NCBI GenBank assembly: GCA_040954595.2
Contig: CM082577.2
Span: forward strand, 6,002,301 to 6,066,300
Reading direction: 5' to 3'
Length of the DNA stretch: 64,000 nt
Source: Balanoglossus misakiensis
Lineage: Eukaryota > Animalia > Hemichordata
The position numbers and the translations under genes were made by a program. Each line of letters opens with the position of its first letter. Positions within the stretch are counted from its first letter, which is position 1. Of this stretch, positions 21,001-33,105 are shown one piece after another. The notes below the pieces were generated by a model. The model did not search any database. It saw nothing but the letters and a program-made list of their open reading frames with translations, and was not told the origin of the DNA.

Positions 21001-24000
21001 TGAAGGAGCTTGTTCCATTTATACACGCATGGACAAGCACACACGATGAATCCAGAATCTAACAGATAAAAAGATAAACTGAACATATCCCTAATATTTT
21101 GATATTTCACAACTCGGTTTTTCTAACTCAAACTAAACATATGATATCATAGAAGACACATTCTGAAATATAGCACACTCATTCCACTCATATACATACC
21201 TGTCCATCGTCACTGTAAACATAGAGGTTCCGCGTTGTACCATCCTTGACATAGGATAACTGTAATCCATTGGGATTTCCTATCTTATCTGGACAGAATG
21301 TGGCATTGATTTCGGACAACCTAAGAATTGTTTTGGGTTCTTTGTTCTGAAACGAAAAAAATGCCAGCCATTTAAAAAAAATTTTAAGGTTTCAAAATCG
21401 GCGATAACATCAGGGAACTCTGAAGTGGCTTTTCAGTATCACTCATTTTGAAAGTTATTTTGAATCTGATCAAAAATCAACAACACAAGACCTTACCTCT
21501 GGTTTCACATAATACTTGAGCGTATTTTCTTCTTCGTCGAGCATAAAAAGCCTACTCTGAAACCTATTATCCTCCTTTCCCCGTTTCCATAGGAACCCAT
21601 CTTTCTTGCCGTGGAGGTACGTCTGTTTGTCTACATCCATGAATTCATGTCTTTCGTACTTGGCACGTATCCACTGCTCCCTGAGAACCCTGCAAACACA
21701 TTTGACACATTTGCAATTTATTGGATGTCAAAAGCACAACTACCTTGACAATATGAGGGGAAAAGTGGTCAGCTTTCTCAGTTTACCAGAAAATCCACAA
21801 AACACAGATTTGTTTAATCACAGAAATTGACAAAAATAAAATCTTATAAACTCACTGGCAATCGTCAGGGCCAGGTCTTCTGACACACGGAGGTACATAC
21901 TGTTCGTACTTCTCCTTGGCTTTGAGATTCCCTTCGGACGTCATGAACTAGACGAAATGAAGAAAACAACATGAGTCTGTAACAGTAAACGATGGCATTC
22001 TGTGCAAATGGGTAAAATAAAAGCAATCCTTCTCTATAGGACTGGGTTGTGATGACCTTATGTCTACTGTTATCTTGACTGCAGTTTAGGTGCAGATCAA
22101 AATGTGATACAAATAGATGTTAGGTACGGACAACTTAAATGAGTGCACTGCCAGTTCAAGAATCTACGGTAATTCCAAAACGCTTATTTTGTGCTTATTG
22201 TAGATTAAGCGCAATTTATCAAGAGGCTCTACTTCAGCGTTTGACTGTTAGCTTTGTAAGAAACGCACAAATCTAAACCTAGGGTGGGATCGGGGGCGAA
22301 TACACGACCTTTGACCTGCTATCATTGTAGGTCATCAGAAATATTTGATTTGTACAAAAAAGTTTCAATTCATGATTGGTACCGAGTTGATGTGTACACT
22401 GGGTGCATGTACAGCAGTGACCTTTCGAACCAAAATATTCAAAAAACTGTGTCTGCAATTCACAACAATTTATCAAACTTCCAAGCAGATAATAATCAAA
22501 ATTTCAAAAACATTCTGCATAAAACTAAAACTTTCTTACAAAATTCAGGACAAAAAATGACATCAAAAGTGAAGTTGAATTCACAGAAGTATATAATGTC
22601 CAAAGGACCACCCCGAAGATCAATGGGAAAAGAAAGTTTCATGCAGTTTTTTTTTTGTACGAGTGGTAAAAATCACTTGACACCACACATATCTGCAATG
22701 CACCCTGGGGAAGAAAAGACAACATGGAAGAACCACCACCAAAGAATAACACAGAAACTGGCCAATAATGACAGATCAAAGTCAGGCAGAGGAAGTATTG
22801 AATGTCTGTTAAACAGTTTGATTCCCAGCACACACCAAATTTCAAAACCATCTCACAGATGTAAATCAACGGAAATACAGTATCACTGGTTTTCATTCGT
22901 CAACTAGATGGGGAGTGTGAGTGGACTGTCTTATAACCATATTCACAGTGGTAGAGATTTTAGTATTACATAGAAAGAGTTAGAGGTTCCATGTGATGAT
23001 GTGTATGCGCTCACAAACATTTCTATGTGTGAGATTTCAACGCACGGTCACCACAGTGACAGAAAAAAAACCAAAGAAGATAGCTAAACCCAAAGGAGAC
23101 AGCACAGAGTTAGTCAGCACTATCACTAAACACATACACAGCACACTACGCCAACACGTGTGTAACCTACGTGGCTTTCTGAGGTGAGCAATATCTTGAA
23201 TATAGCACCACGGTACTAACCTCCAGGTGTTCGTTAGTCCATTCGTCCAGTTGGACTGACTTGGTTTTACTTATATGCCTGCCCAACATTTTATGCAAGT
23301 CGGAGCAGCCTTTGCATATGAAAACCCCTATATTATATGACGCCCAATCTGGGTCTGCAACCAAGGAACGGGGTAAGAGGGAAAGACAAAAAAAAAAGCG
23401 TTGATCAGGCAGGCGTTCTTTGACACAATAGAAAGAATGACTTACTTCGACTTGATCGTCATTCCAATTGTCCAGGTGTAATGATTTGACCTTAGTGACA
23501 TGGGTACCTAACATTCTATGTATGGCTACACATTTGACACATAGGAAGACACCAAGATTATAGGATGCCCAGTCGGGTCCTGTAAGGAAATACAGAAGCT
23601 CAGAAAGGATGTGTGATTTCCAATCTGACTAAAATTGGATGTAAGGGTCTGGCTCGTCCGGTTCCTCATTGCCTCGTCTCTTGTGTTTGTGTGGGTCGGT
23701 CCTCGTCTCCGGTTTAGTGAATCAATGGACCGAGCGCAACTCTACATCTTATTTTAATCAGATTGTGAGATTTGTTGGAGAAATATATTGTAGAACAATG
23801 TTGGGGTAGAAATGTTTGGAATGAATTGATGGATGGACGGATGGATGGACAGATAGATGGATGAACAGATAGATGGATGCTGGGAGGATGGATGGATGGA
23901 TGGGTAACTTGTATTAAATGAAATCCCAGCAAATCGTCACAATGTAAAGAATGACAAAATTTTAGCCAAGATATAGAATGTACTACAGGAGAGAAAGATT

Positions 24001-25934
24001 TAGACCGCAAGAGAAAAACATTTATCAATTACACTGAAGACATAATGTTTCGTACAGGTACTCTTAATGAATAGACATAACAAGGTACAGCCAGTGTCAC
24101 TCTATTTTTCTTCTGTGTATGTATCAATTACTGCACTTCCCTGTTCTACTTCCTACATATGAAAAAACAGTTAATTGCTTACAGAACAGATAAAAGTTAC
24201 AGCTAATGGAGTGTTAAAGATATGCAGCTATTATCAACATAGATTGTAAATATATCAAAAGCATAAGAGTTCATTAGGGGTGAACTTCATTGCAGACTTG
24301 GGCAATTACTTTTTAATGATCAAATTAGATGTAAGAAGAGTCTTTTTCCAATAATTCCCAATTCTTTGTTTTTTTTATATGTGGTCTAAAATAGTTACAA
24401 TGTACCATATCATCATGAGTGTGACTCAAAATACATAATATGCTATTTTAATCATAATAGTAAAATGACCTGTATTTGTAACAACAATGTCTAATTATAG
24501 GAATTGTACCATCTACATTTTGTACCTCATAGGCTACAGGATTATTTCCTGTTATAATATGTCAATTATTTCAGCATTAGAAGTTGACTATTAAACATGA
24601 AATTGGCTTTGATTCATTCTTGTACCTCATCGTGGACTGGTGGCATTTTATAACTCTTGTTACAAGTCTCTGGGACTAAATTTCTTTTAGGGATTATTTA
24701 CAAGTGAACCCAAATATCATTGAAGAAACCCTAACACCGGACACAGGAAAGGCCAAGATTGCGTTGGTCAATTAGATTGTAAACAACTTCTAAAAATATA
24801 CCCTCTGGTTATTCCAATACACATGCAATGAGATTAGATAAGGTTCCATCATCATCACCATGCATCCCCTCTCTCATCCCATAACCGACACTGAAGGTCA
24901 TTCATAGGTCGCGTCCCTGACAATACTGTAGCAAAACAACCAGCAATTACTAAAATATTCATATTTTAAAATGATCAAAAAGCCTGCACCCCGTAGTTTA
25001 CAGATGGTGTTTGTATTTTAAGACGAAGGATACATGTCTTAAAAATATTTGTTGATTAATCAATTAACAAGCTTAATAGATAATTAACAAACATTACCTC
25101 TGTCTGGCAAATATTGGAATGTCATAAACAGATGAACAAGTACAGACAGAACTCCATAAAAATGGTTATGCTGAATAACAAAGTTTGTGCGGATTCTTGC
25201 ATATTGTTAACCCCGTAATATTAATAATCAATTGTTTGATATGATCTTTCTGTTTAGTCTACAACATTACTTTTGTTTCCGGGCCAGTTCTGTTCAAGAC
25301 AGTCAACATTATTATTAAAATATACATGTATTATAATTGATATCTTAATTCTTGACTTTCGAGTTTCGGTATGTGACTGAATCGTGTCTAAGTAATATGA
25401 CACGCTAATTACAATCGCAGGAGGTTGAAATTGTTCGCCGAATTATTTGTCAGAATTTGGTTCCTTCGCGCTCTTTATGCAAGACCATTTTACAATGTCA
25501 TAAATAGGCCGGTCTGTCAACGTAGGTGTCATGTTGGAACCCGGAAATGAAGGAGTCGTGCACGAGTCACTGGTAATATGAGTGCAGTGACAGAATTGCC
25601 GTTTGCGTACCGGTGCTGTGGTGGCGAAATACGGTTGTTTTAAATGCTCAAACATACAGAAAATGGAAAAAAGTTCAAAACTCATAAATATGTAGGTGAG
25701 CTACACCTCTGTAACTTGCAATGAGCCCGTGGCTGGATGGAAGGGAGGGCGCGGTTCCACATCGCTCTTTCCAACTTCTCAATCAGTCAATGTGAAAAGC
25801 AAACGAAGAGTTTCAACCAAAAACACTCTCTCTGAAACCTATACATACATACCAGGAGCACCGCAATCGGCGCACACATTGTTTCCCGGCTGTTTGAGGA
25901 GATCGAAGAGAGCCTGTTTGTTGTATTCCGCCAT
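17911..25934 (-). CDS. ADAP1: ArfGAP with dual PH domains (ADAP1/2, centaurin-alpha) pro-ortholog
   Basis: Exons (minus): 25853-25934 (..GNNVCADCGAP), either 23446-23579 or 23221-23354, then 21856-21947, 21497-21689, 21200-21346, 20877-20960, 20505-20639, 19806-20034. It ends either by reading on to the stop at 19783 (372 aa) or by splicing to 17911-18044 (409 aa). Contains a C-x2-C-x16-C-x2-C zinc finger, LREQWIRAKYER, PH1 (GFLWKRGK) and PH2 (KEGYLYKSGPK..YRKRWFTLDDRRLMYY.DPLDA..KGE). Confidence 0.93.
20214..20292. mobile_element. Short TTAA-flanked MITE (piggyBac-like termini CCCTTTC...GAAAGGG)
   Basis: TTAA-CCCTTTC ... GAAAGGG-TTAA, with the same termini as the element at 41271-41363. Confidence 0.6.
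23221..23354 (-). other. ADAP mutually exclusive exon 2B (arginine finger replaced by Lys)
   Basis: 134 nt with CAG acceptor and GTTAGT donor. Encodes (D)PDWASYNIGVFICKGCSDLHKMLGRHISKTKSVQLDEWTNEHLE; AAA (Lys) at 23292-23290. Confidence 0.85.
23446..23579 (-). other. ADAP mutually exclusive exon 2A (catalytic Arg retained)
   Basis: 134 nt with CAG acceptor and GTAAGT donor. Encodes (G)PDWASYNLGVFLCVKCVAIHRMLGTHVTKVKSLHLDNWNDDQVE; AGA (Arg) at 23517-23515. Confidence 0.9.
23826..23903. repeat. Imperfect (GATG/GATA)n microsatellite
   Basis: Visible tetranucleotide repeat in ADAP intron 1. Confidence 0.85.
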
Positions 25935-26696
25935 GTCCGTTTGCTGATTGCTGTCTGCAGATCTCGACATGTAGTAAGTACGTGGACAAAGTTCACCCTA
26001 TCCTTTTTTTGCCTATGCAAATTATATCGACCATATTAGGCACAGGGGTATGAGGTCATCTGTCCAAATATGGTGAATGGGTCCCACAGCAAGCTGCACT
26101 GTCAATGAAAACTTTGTATCATGTGTATGGGTGTATTGAAACTTATTTTGTTCAAAAAAGGACTGTGATTTTATACAGCAACGGAATTTGAGCTCTCCGA
26201 TTCACACCACATGAACTTCCGACGCCTTAAATATCTATCTGAAGTCTTGATTTTGTAGCAGATATTTTACAGCCATTTCGGTGGGGGTTTCCCTCTGACA
26301 ATTTCCTGTTAAGATAATCAAATTTCGAAGTTGTAGCTGGCACTTTCAATTTCTTCCAAGTAATAACGTCATTCCCATGAGTCATAACCATGCCAGCAAT
26401 GAAGCAAGATTACTTTTGAGAACAAATTTATTCCCAGTAAGGACTTTAACCACCAATTGCTTGTTTGTATCAAGCACACACATTGCAGGGTTAAATTCCG
26501 AACAGAAATACACAAAGCAAGGAATCAGATATCATTTTGTCAGTGAAGTTATCAGTTTATTATGACAGTTGTAAGCTGTTCCAAGTATATTGCAAACAGA
26601 AAACTTACTTTCCTTACATGAATCTAATGGAAAATTAAAGCAGTTTACGAAAATGGACACAGTGCCATTCTGTGTGCTGTTAATGTTGATCATGTA

Positions 26697-26756
26697 TCAA
26701 GGTCATTTGCATATCAAAAGCCATAACCATAGGTCATCACAGGTCATTTGAGGTCA
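26697..26756 (+). promoter_or_regulatory. Nuclear-receptor site cluster: TCAAGGTCA plus three AGGTCA half-sites each spaced by 4 nt (double DR4)
   Basis: AGGTCA-TCAC-AGGTCA-TTTG-AGGTCA at 26731-26756, and TCAAGGTCA at 26697-26705 overlapping ATTTGCAT. About 0.8 kb upstream of the ADAP ATG, within the CCZ1 3' region. Function is inferred. Confidence 0.35.
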
Positions 26757-27135
26757 TCACGATTGACACATTATTTTGAAACAAATTCTACACCTATCGA
26801 GTTTCAAATGTATTTACAAAGCAAGGATTTTCTGAACCACTCTCAAATATAGACAACTCCCATTTATCACAGGAATTTAAGATATTGTCCAACTATTACC
26901 GTCCTATGAGTTGAAAAATGCATACAGATATACACACCATTTTGTTTCAAATATTCTCCTATTATATACAACTTTTTATGAGCTAGCATCACAATTCACA
27001 AAGAAGTCAATACTGTAAAATTTGAAAAAGTCTTGCAGAAAATGATATGAAGACTCCCAAATTTGACTTTTAAAAATCGAAACTGTTCCATCTTCCAATA
27101 AATTTGACAGAGATTTTTCTTCATCGTCACATCTT

Positions 27136-30100
27136 TTAGTCCAGGAAGAAGATGTTGTTGAAGTGTGTGGAGCAAAGCCTCTTCACTTCCTCTGTGAATG
27201 GAGAAAGAGAGTTTAAATGATGAGATGGATTGACATTGGGGTTTCATATAATTCTTCACAATATTTATGGCATTAACAGCACACCCATGGTATATGAGCA
27301 CACACATACACAACACTACTCTCACGTACAGTACCACAGGGAGCTCTTCCTCCTGTCCGTAAGTATTAGCGCTTGTTTGCGTTGTGTTTATTGTTTAATA
27401 AATAAACAGTGAAAAGCTGTTTTGAGTTTATATTTGTCAATAAAAGCAGTGTTTGTTTGTAGATTTATGTTCGTTTACAAATACGGTCAACAAATATTTG
27501 TTTGTTTGTAAACACCCCCTCACCCCCGTAACTGTCACATGATCATCACATGACTAATACTGACCATTGATTTCTATGAGGTTGGCATTTTTCTGGTTGA
27601 TGACGACATAGAATTCCCTCTGATCGGACTTCTTCCCAACCACCCAGCAATCCGACATGGTTTTCATCACAGTCTCTGCATCGTCTTCAGTCCTGCAAGA
27701 TGAACAAGGTTTTTGAAGGGTCAACTTTCCCCAACCCTAACTGGCCACTGTTGAAGGGTGGGAGCTGAGTTTCCAAGCAGGGAAAAGGTTCCAAAATAAC
27801 AACCCAGTAATCCAGTGCAGTTTCATACAGATTGGTTGAAAGTCAAGATTAGAACGTGAAGAAGCGAAGGCATGCAGGTGTCTTTACCACCTTCAAGGTA
27901 CAGCAAAGATGTGAACAGGCAACAATATCAATTCTGACATTTTGTGTGTGTGTGTGCACGCAATCATCCATCTGTCTCCCGCATACACAATAGTATAACA
28001 CTGCCACTCACTTGGCAAAGCTGGCGTTGATGTCTGAAATCAGCCGAACAATTTCGGGGTTGATGATTGCACTCAACGTCTTCCTGTTGTGGATGGTCGT
28101 CTTCTGAGCCAAGTTCATGTGATTGAAGTAAATATACTTGAACTGCTGATCACTGGGCCTGAAAGGAAATGATGACAAAGTCCTCTTAACAACCTTTCCT
28201 TACATTGCCTTGTTGCAAAAAAGACTTACTGATATACATTATTGATTACTGTACAGTCAAACTGCATCAACATGTTAGCTGAATCGTGATTGGTCTATCC
28301 TTCATTGTGAGAGTTTGGGACTGTGAGGGCAGTAGACTAGTACACAAGTACTCACAGTGACGTGCGTTTGCTGTACTGTTCGCTGATATCCGAGGCTAGC
28401 GTGCTGAGTTGTGGTCCCAGAAATGAGTCAATCTTCTTGTACCATTCAAAGCTGGGAATTGTGGATGCTGGATAGCCAAAACGGAAGTGGAATGAATGTA
28501 CATATGCAATAACATCAGAACAGTATGTGCAGAGTTTACCACGCAGGCCTGCCACTGAGGGTGTGCATAAAAAAGAACTATGAAATTCAAGGTTGGTAAA
28601 TTGGAATTGAAACGTCCTCAAAGCTGATCGGTGTACTTACGTTCAACCATCAGGCAAACGGTTGCGCTGAGTGCCTGGTGGAAAAATAAAACAAGGTTCA
28701 TGAGTGCAAGAAATGATGACAAAAAAACTAAATGTGCATGGTGTGATACATTGAACTGCGAATCGATGAGAAAATTACCATGACAAGTACACTCAAAGAG
28801 GAATTGAGTACTTGGCAACATATACTCCATTATGGAGCACAGTGAACTTGGTTAATGACATTTCATGAAAACATTAGACATACGTCTAAATATTGTGGTA
28901 ACATTTACTAATCAACTTACTCTGTAGACAATAAGATTGAGTTCTTCATAGCTGGTGTCTGTATTGACATAGATATGTGGTACTTTGCCGAGATTTGACT
29001 CGTCATTCAAGTTTGGTGGGCCTGTCACGTATCTGTTGGAGGGAAAAACCAGTCAGATTGGAACAAGCAGCTGAGTGTTGATCAATGATTTGACATCTGT
29101 ACATTTTGTCTATTACTACATGTCAAAAAACACTTGAAACACGTGGAATATACACGTAACTTGCAACGAGAAGGATGACTTACTTTCCATAATGCGACGA
29201 AGCTGTCATTGGAGGAAGGGGACTGCCTGTCTTGGGTGATTCCCTTGACATCTAAACAGAAAGAAACACAAAATCATGAAAAAGAGTACATGTAGTCACA
29301 AATGAATGATGACTGTGTTTATATGCTTTGAGTGTACAGCAGAGTTGCAATAAATTCTTCATCTCTTCTATGAAAAGTCACTTCTGTCATCTGGGTGCTT
29401 ACAGTCACTAAATAGAAATTGAACTCTAATCAAACACTCAGTCGAACTGTCATTCACTTTTGACTGATTTCAACAACTCACCTCTGATTCTAATGACGAT
29501 GGGAATAAACTTGTTGTCAGGTATTTGTACAATATTCGCATGTCATCCTGTTCCAATCCACTCCTGTTTTGATCAAAATTTAATGAAAGTTTCATTAGGA
29601 TTATTTGTACCAGTCATTGATGACAGGATTAAACTCCTTGGCAACTGTTGCCTGGTGCCTTGAATCATTTGGCACCAAATCCATCTGAAAAGGATTATTG
29701 TTAGATTGTATAAGAATGACAATATCAACTCACCAAACCAGCTGATCATTGTACAAAAATGCTGTGTATTTCACTTGACTGAAGAAGAAAACATAAAATA
29801 GCATCATTTTTAAGTATCATAAGAATATCACTTGCAAGTGATGATATAAATATAGATAAACAGACAGACAGGTAGGGGATGAATGGGTGGATGGGTGAAT
29901 GGTTGGGGGGGGGGTGATGGATGGTTGGCTGGCTATCCAGATTGGTGTATGGATGGATGGATAACTATGTGTTTAATGAGGATTTTCATTTTGTGCAGGT
30001 TCATAGAAATGATTAATCTGCTGCTTATCAGAATTTTTGGAAATCCCAGTACCTACACAGACTCTCACCTAAAAGAAGCTTCAATGAGATTAATAAAACA

Positions 30101-30693
30101 CTGTATCCTGAGGTAAGTATTCTTATCCAGGGGCAAAAACTGGATGCCGTTGTGTACTTCCATGATGTCAGCTTGATTCAACTTCAGTGTGGATAGGTAC
30201 TGAAAAATAAATGCAAAAGACAACACAACCATTTACCATGAAAACCTTGACTGTTTTCCTGTTCATAAAACTGGCTTTCAAGGTCGCGAGATTAAATTTC
30301 TAAAATGTTTACAAACATATCCTGCACAAGCAGGCACTCCTTCATTGACCTTTCACCTTTGGCAAGTTCAGTGACCTATGATCCAGTGGACAGTAAGTAC
30401 CAGTAACTAACATTATCCCCAGTCTATGGAGACTAGACTCTCCACGTGTTGGTGACTTACCCTGGGGAAGAAGTGTTCCAGTCTCTGTATTAAATGTTGC
30501 ACATTTTCTGTCTTCATAATATTTGTAAATGTACCCATAAATAGCTGTCAAAGAAAAAATACGATATCAAGACATCATCTTTCATTCATCACTGTCAGTG
30601 CGGCCGGCAATATCAAAACAATATCAAGTATGTGATACATCTCTACCATTTCACAAACTTCTCACATGCCAGTGCAATGAAATTTGGATCAAT

Positions 30694-30730
<37 letters not shown>

Positions 30731-32103
30731 CGATTGATCAATGATCTATCCAGTGCACAAATCAAAGAGTATCCAACATGTTAGCCGATTCAATATTCAC
30801 CTTAAACATTTTGTACGACTGTTCCAAGACAGCACGGAAGACAGAGTCCTGTACATCATCTTCATGATAATCTGGAACCGTCTGGCCGTCCTTCTCCACA
30901 TCAGTTTTAGGTATAGTCACCGTCTGAAATAGATATTGTCACAGAAATATAACTTCTGCGTGATAGTCTAAGGAAAGCAATGCATCCTGCCAGGCAAACT
31001 GTGCCCTGGGTGTGAAATTCTAGCATTCAATTACATGTGATTTGCCGTATTGTTATACTGACCATGACCATCCAGAAATCCTCTTCTGGTTGTAGGAATA
31101 TTTGCCGAGTCTTCTGTGTGTGGAGTGAGGCACATGGTTGATCAGTGAATGTCCTGAAAACAGTAGAGTGAAAAGTTAGAACGGTAAAATAGACGAAATT
31201 CCAGAATCTGAAAGCATTAGTCTAGTCAGCTGGACAGCAAAGTGGCCGAGAAAACTGTCTGCACGGGTGTTTGGTTTATAGAGGTTCTTTTAACATACAT
31301 GTACAACATAGTGTACCGTATATATGAAGGGAACCAGAAAAGGTGTTGGTGTGTGTGACTCACTACTTACTCGGTGAATTTCACAACAGCTTCACATAAC
31401 CCAACGGCTTTTATTTTAGTGTCTATGTCAGTATCCGCTGGCTGATAAAACAGTATCTTCTTGTGTTCCTGAATACGGACAAGATGAAAAGAGTGAAATC
31501 AGATTGGAGGGAAATTCATGAGGCAAGCCCGGGCCAAGTACTGTAACCAACTGTGTTAGGTGAAAGTGTGAACACAGTAGAGAAATGGATGATTGTCCTC
31601 CCCCACCCCTCCATGTATATCAGGTTGTCATGTCTACTATAGAGTGATACGAATGAAATATTTGCAATGTTATTGTTTTTTCTCCTTCTCCCTAAAAGCA
31701 TATTGAAACGCCCAGTAATCAGCTTGTCAGCAAAGTTTTGTATACATGTATTTGAAACGTATAATACGACACTAATAGTAAATGTTATTATTTATGATTA
31801 TGGACTTGAAATCATGTCATTCATTGATAACACTAAGTACATTGTATCAACAGTTGAGAAAATGTTGTATGTTTATATATTTATCTTAAGAAACGTCAAA
31901 AGTTGAAGTTGCACATCAATAGGTCTCATATCAACAAAATAAACACACGGGATGGGGATACGCATTCCGCCATCATCCGTCCAACTCAAATATATTCAAC
32001 ACTGACTGGCAACAGTTGCCCCGCCTACCTCTCCTTCTCTGGGGCCAAATGTAGCATTGTAGATGAAGAAATTGTAAAGGGTGATGCAGCTTCTATTCGA
32101 CAT
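27136..32103 (-). CDS. CCZ1: Vacuolar fusion protein CCZ1 homolog (MON1-CCZ1 Rab7 GEF subunit)
   Basis: 15 exons (minus): 32029-32103, 31371-31468, 31063-31153, 30801-30923, 30461-30544, 30069-30199, 29734-29778, 29482-29563, 29184-29251, 28921-29032, 28641-28674, 28356-28467, 28012-28158, 27565-27692, 27136-27191 (1386 nt, 461 aa). Motifs FFIYNATFGPREGEE.KKILFY, VGLCEAVVKFT, FLPLDKNTYLRIQCFIN, LVWSGLEQDDMRILYKYLTTSL, FKYIYFNHMNLAQK, WVVGKKSDQREFYV and EEVKRLCSTHFNNIFFLD*. Confidence 0.96.
30697..30739. repeat. (ATTG)n microsatellite
   Basis: About 10 visible units in a CCZ1 intron. Confidence 0.9.
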
Positions 32104-32732
32104 GATTTCGGCAATGTGCAGCTCTATAAACTGTTTGCGACAGTCCACTCTCCGATCGTCGTCTCACAAGTTGATTGATTTTTATTTACAACATGAGCGC
32201 AGCCATCTTGAAAAGTGTCGTGAATGAACGGAGAGGGCGTTATACAGTTGGCTTGCGCGGCGCATTCTAACAATCATAAAATGTATTGATTTGCTTTTAG
32301 GCTCTAAATTTTAAAAAACAACAACAACAGGATAATACGAAATAAGCGAAATTTGCTTAGACACATTTAGGTCGGAGTTTTCCCTGACTTTTGAACACAG
32401 ATCTGATCAACGGGCTAAAATCGATGTCCTCTAACATCCAGATATGTGCCTACAAGTACAACTGGTTGATGTTTCCTTTTACTTTGTAAAGGAGCAATTT
32501 TTTATGTGGGAGGTAGTTCAGTTTGTACAGTTCAGTATGCCACTATGTAAAATTAATAAGCGATTGTTTTTGTTGTTGTTTTATGTCCGTAAGATACTAG
32601 GATGTATTTACGCGTGGACTTTTCTGGTGCGGTACGAAAGCGAAAAGGTGACGAAGTTTGGCAATTGTCGTTGGTGGCGCCCTTCTATACCACTGTCCTA
32701 GTACCCAGACACTGGGCACAAGAATAAAGCAG
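32104..32732. promoter_or_regulatory. Divergent promoter region between CCZ1 and the microprotein/MIF4GD-like transcript
   Basis: CpG-enriched. GCAGCCATCTTG at about 32199-32210 is a YY1-type motif. A plus-strand noncoding first exon ends at donor CAG|GTATGT (32732/32733). Confidence 0.5.
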
Positions 32733-32970
32733 GTATGTAAACAACCAGGAAGGTTATTTGTGTATTGATGGGAGTGGTCGTTTGTTGCTCGTAGAACATA
32801 CATATGCATGCAAAAGTATTCGGACCACGTAGATATACCGTCTGTGTGCATTGCGCCTTTATTCTTTGGCGATACAGGGACAAGATCAGAACTATTACTG
32901 CTCAAGCTTTGCTTTGTGTACATTTCTAGACGTGACTCGTCCTCTACGGTCGGTGAACTGCGATTTCAAG

Positions 32971-33105
32971 ATGCCCATATTTCATTACCATCTGCATCAT
33001 CTGTGGCAGGGAGCACCATTCATCATCGTCGTACTCATCGTTGCATTCGTTTTCCTTTATTTTGCATATCGTAAACAAAAAGACAGTGAAACCAAGAGAG
33101 TTTGA
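32971..33105 (+). CDS. 44-aa single-pass transmembrane microprotein (upstream ORF in a leader exon of the MIF4GD-like transcript)
   Basis: AAG-ATG start (A at -3); MPIFHYHLHHLWQGAPFIIVVLIVAFVFLYFAYRKQKDSETKRV*. About 19 hydrophobic residues are followed by RKQK. It lies in an exon bounded by a TTTCTAG acceptor (32928-32929) and a GTAAGT donor (33180). Confidence 0.6.
   Translation: MPIFHYHLHHLWQGAPFIIVVLIVAFVFLYFAYRKQKDSETKRV

Noticed and set aside
22284-22907. 207-aa plus-strand ORF in an ADAP intron
   Set aside because: Non-ATG start, no recognisable domain and intron-like composition.
23167-23514. 115-aa ORF reading through both duplicated exons
   Set aside because: The 91-nt spacer happens to be open and in frame, but it has strong donor, branch and acceptor signals. 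Retention would duplicate half a zinc finger, so mutually exclusive splicing is more parsimonious.
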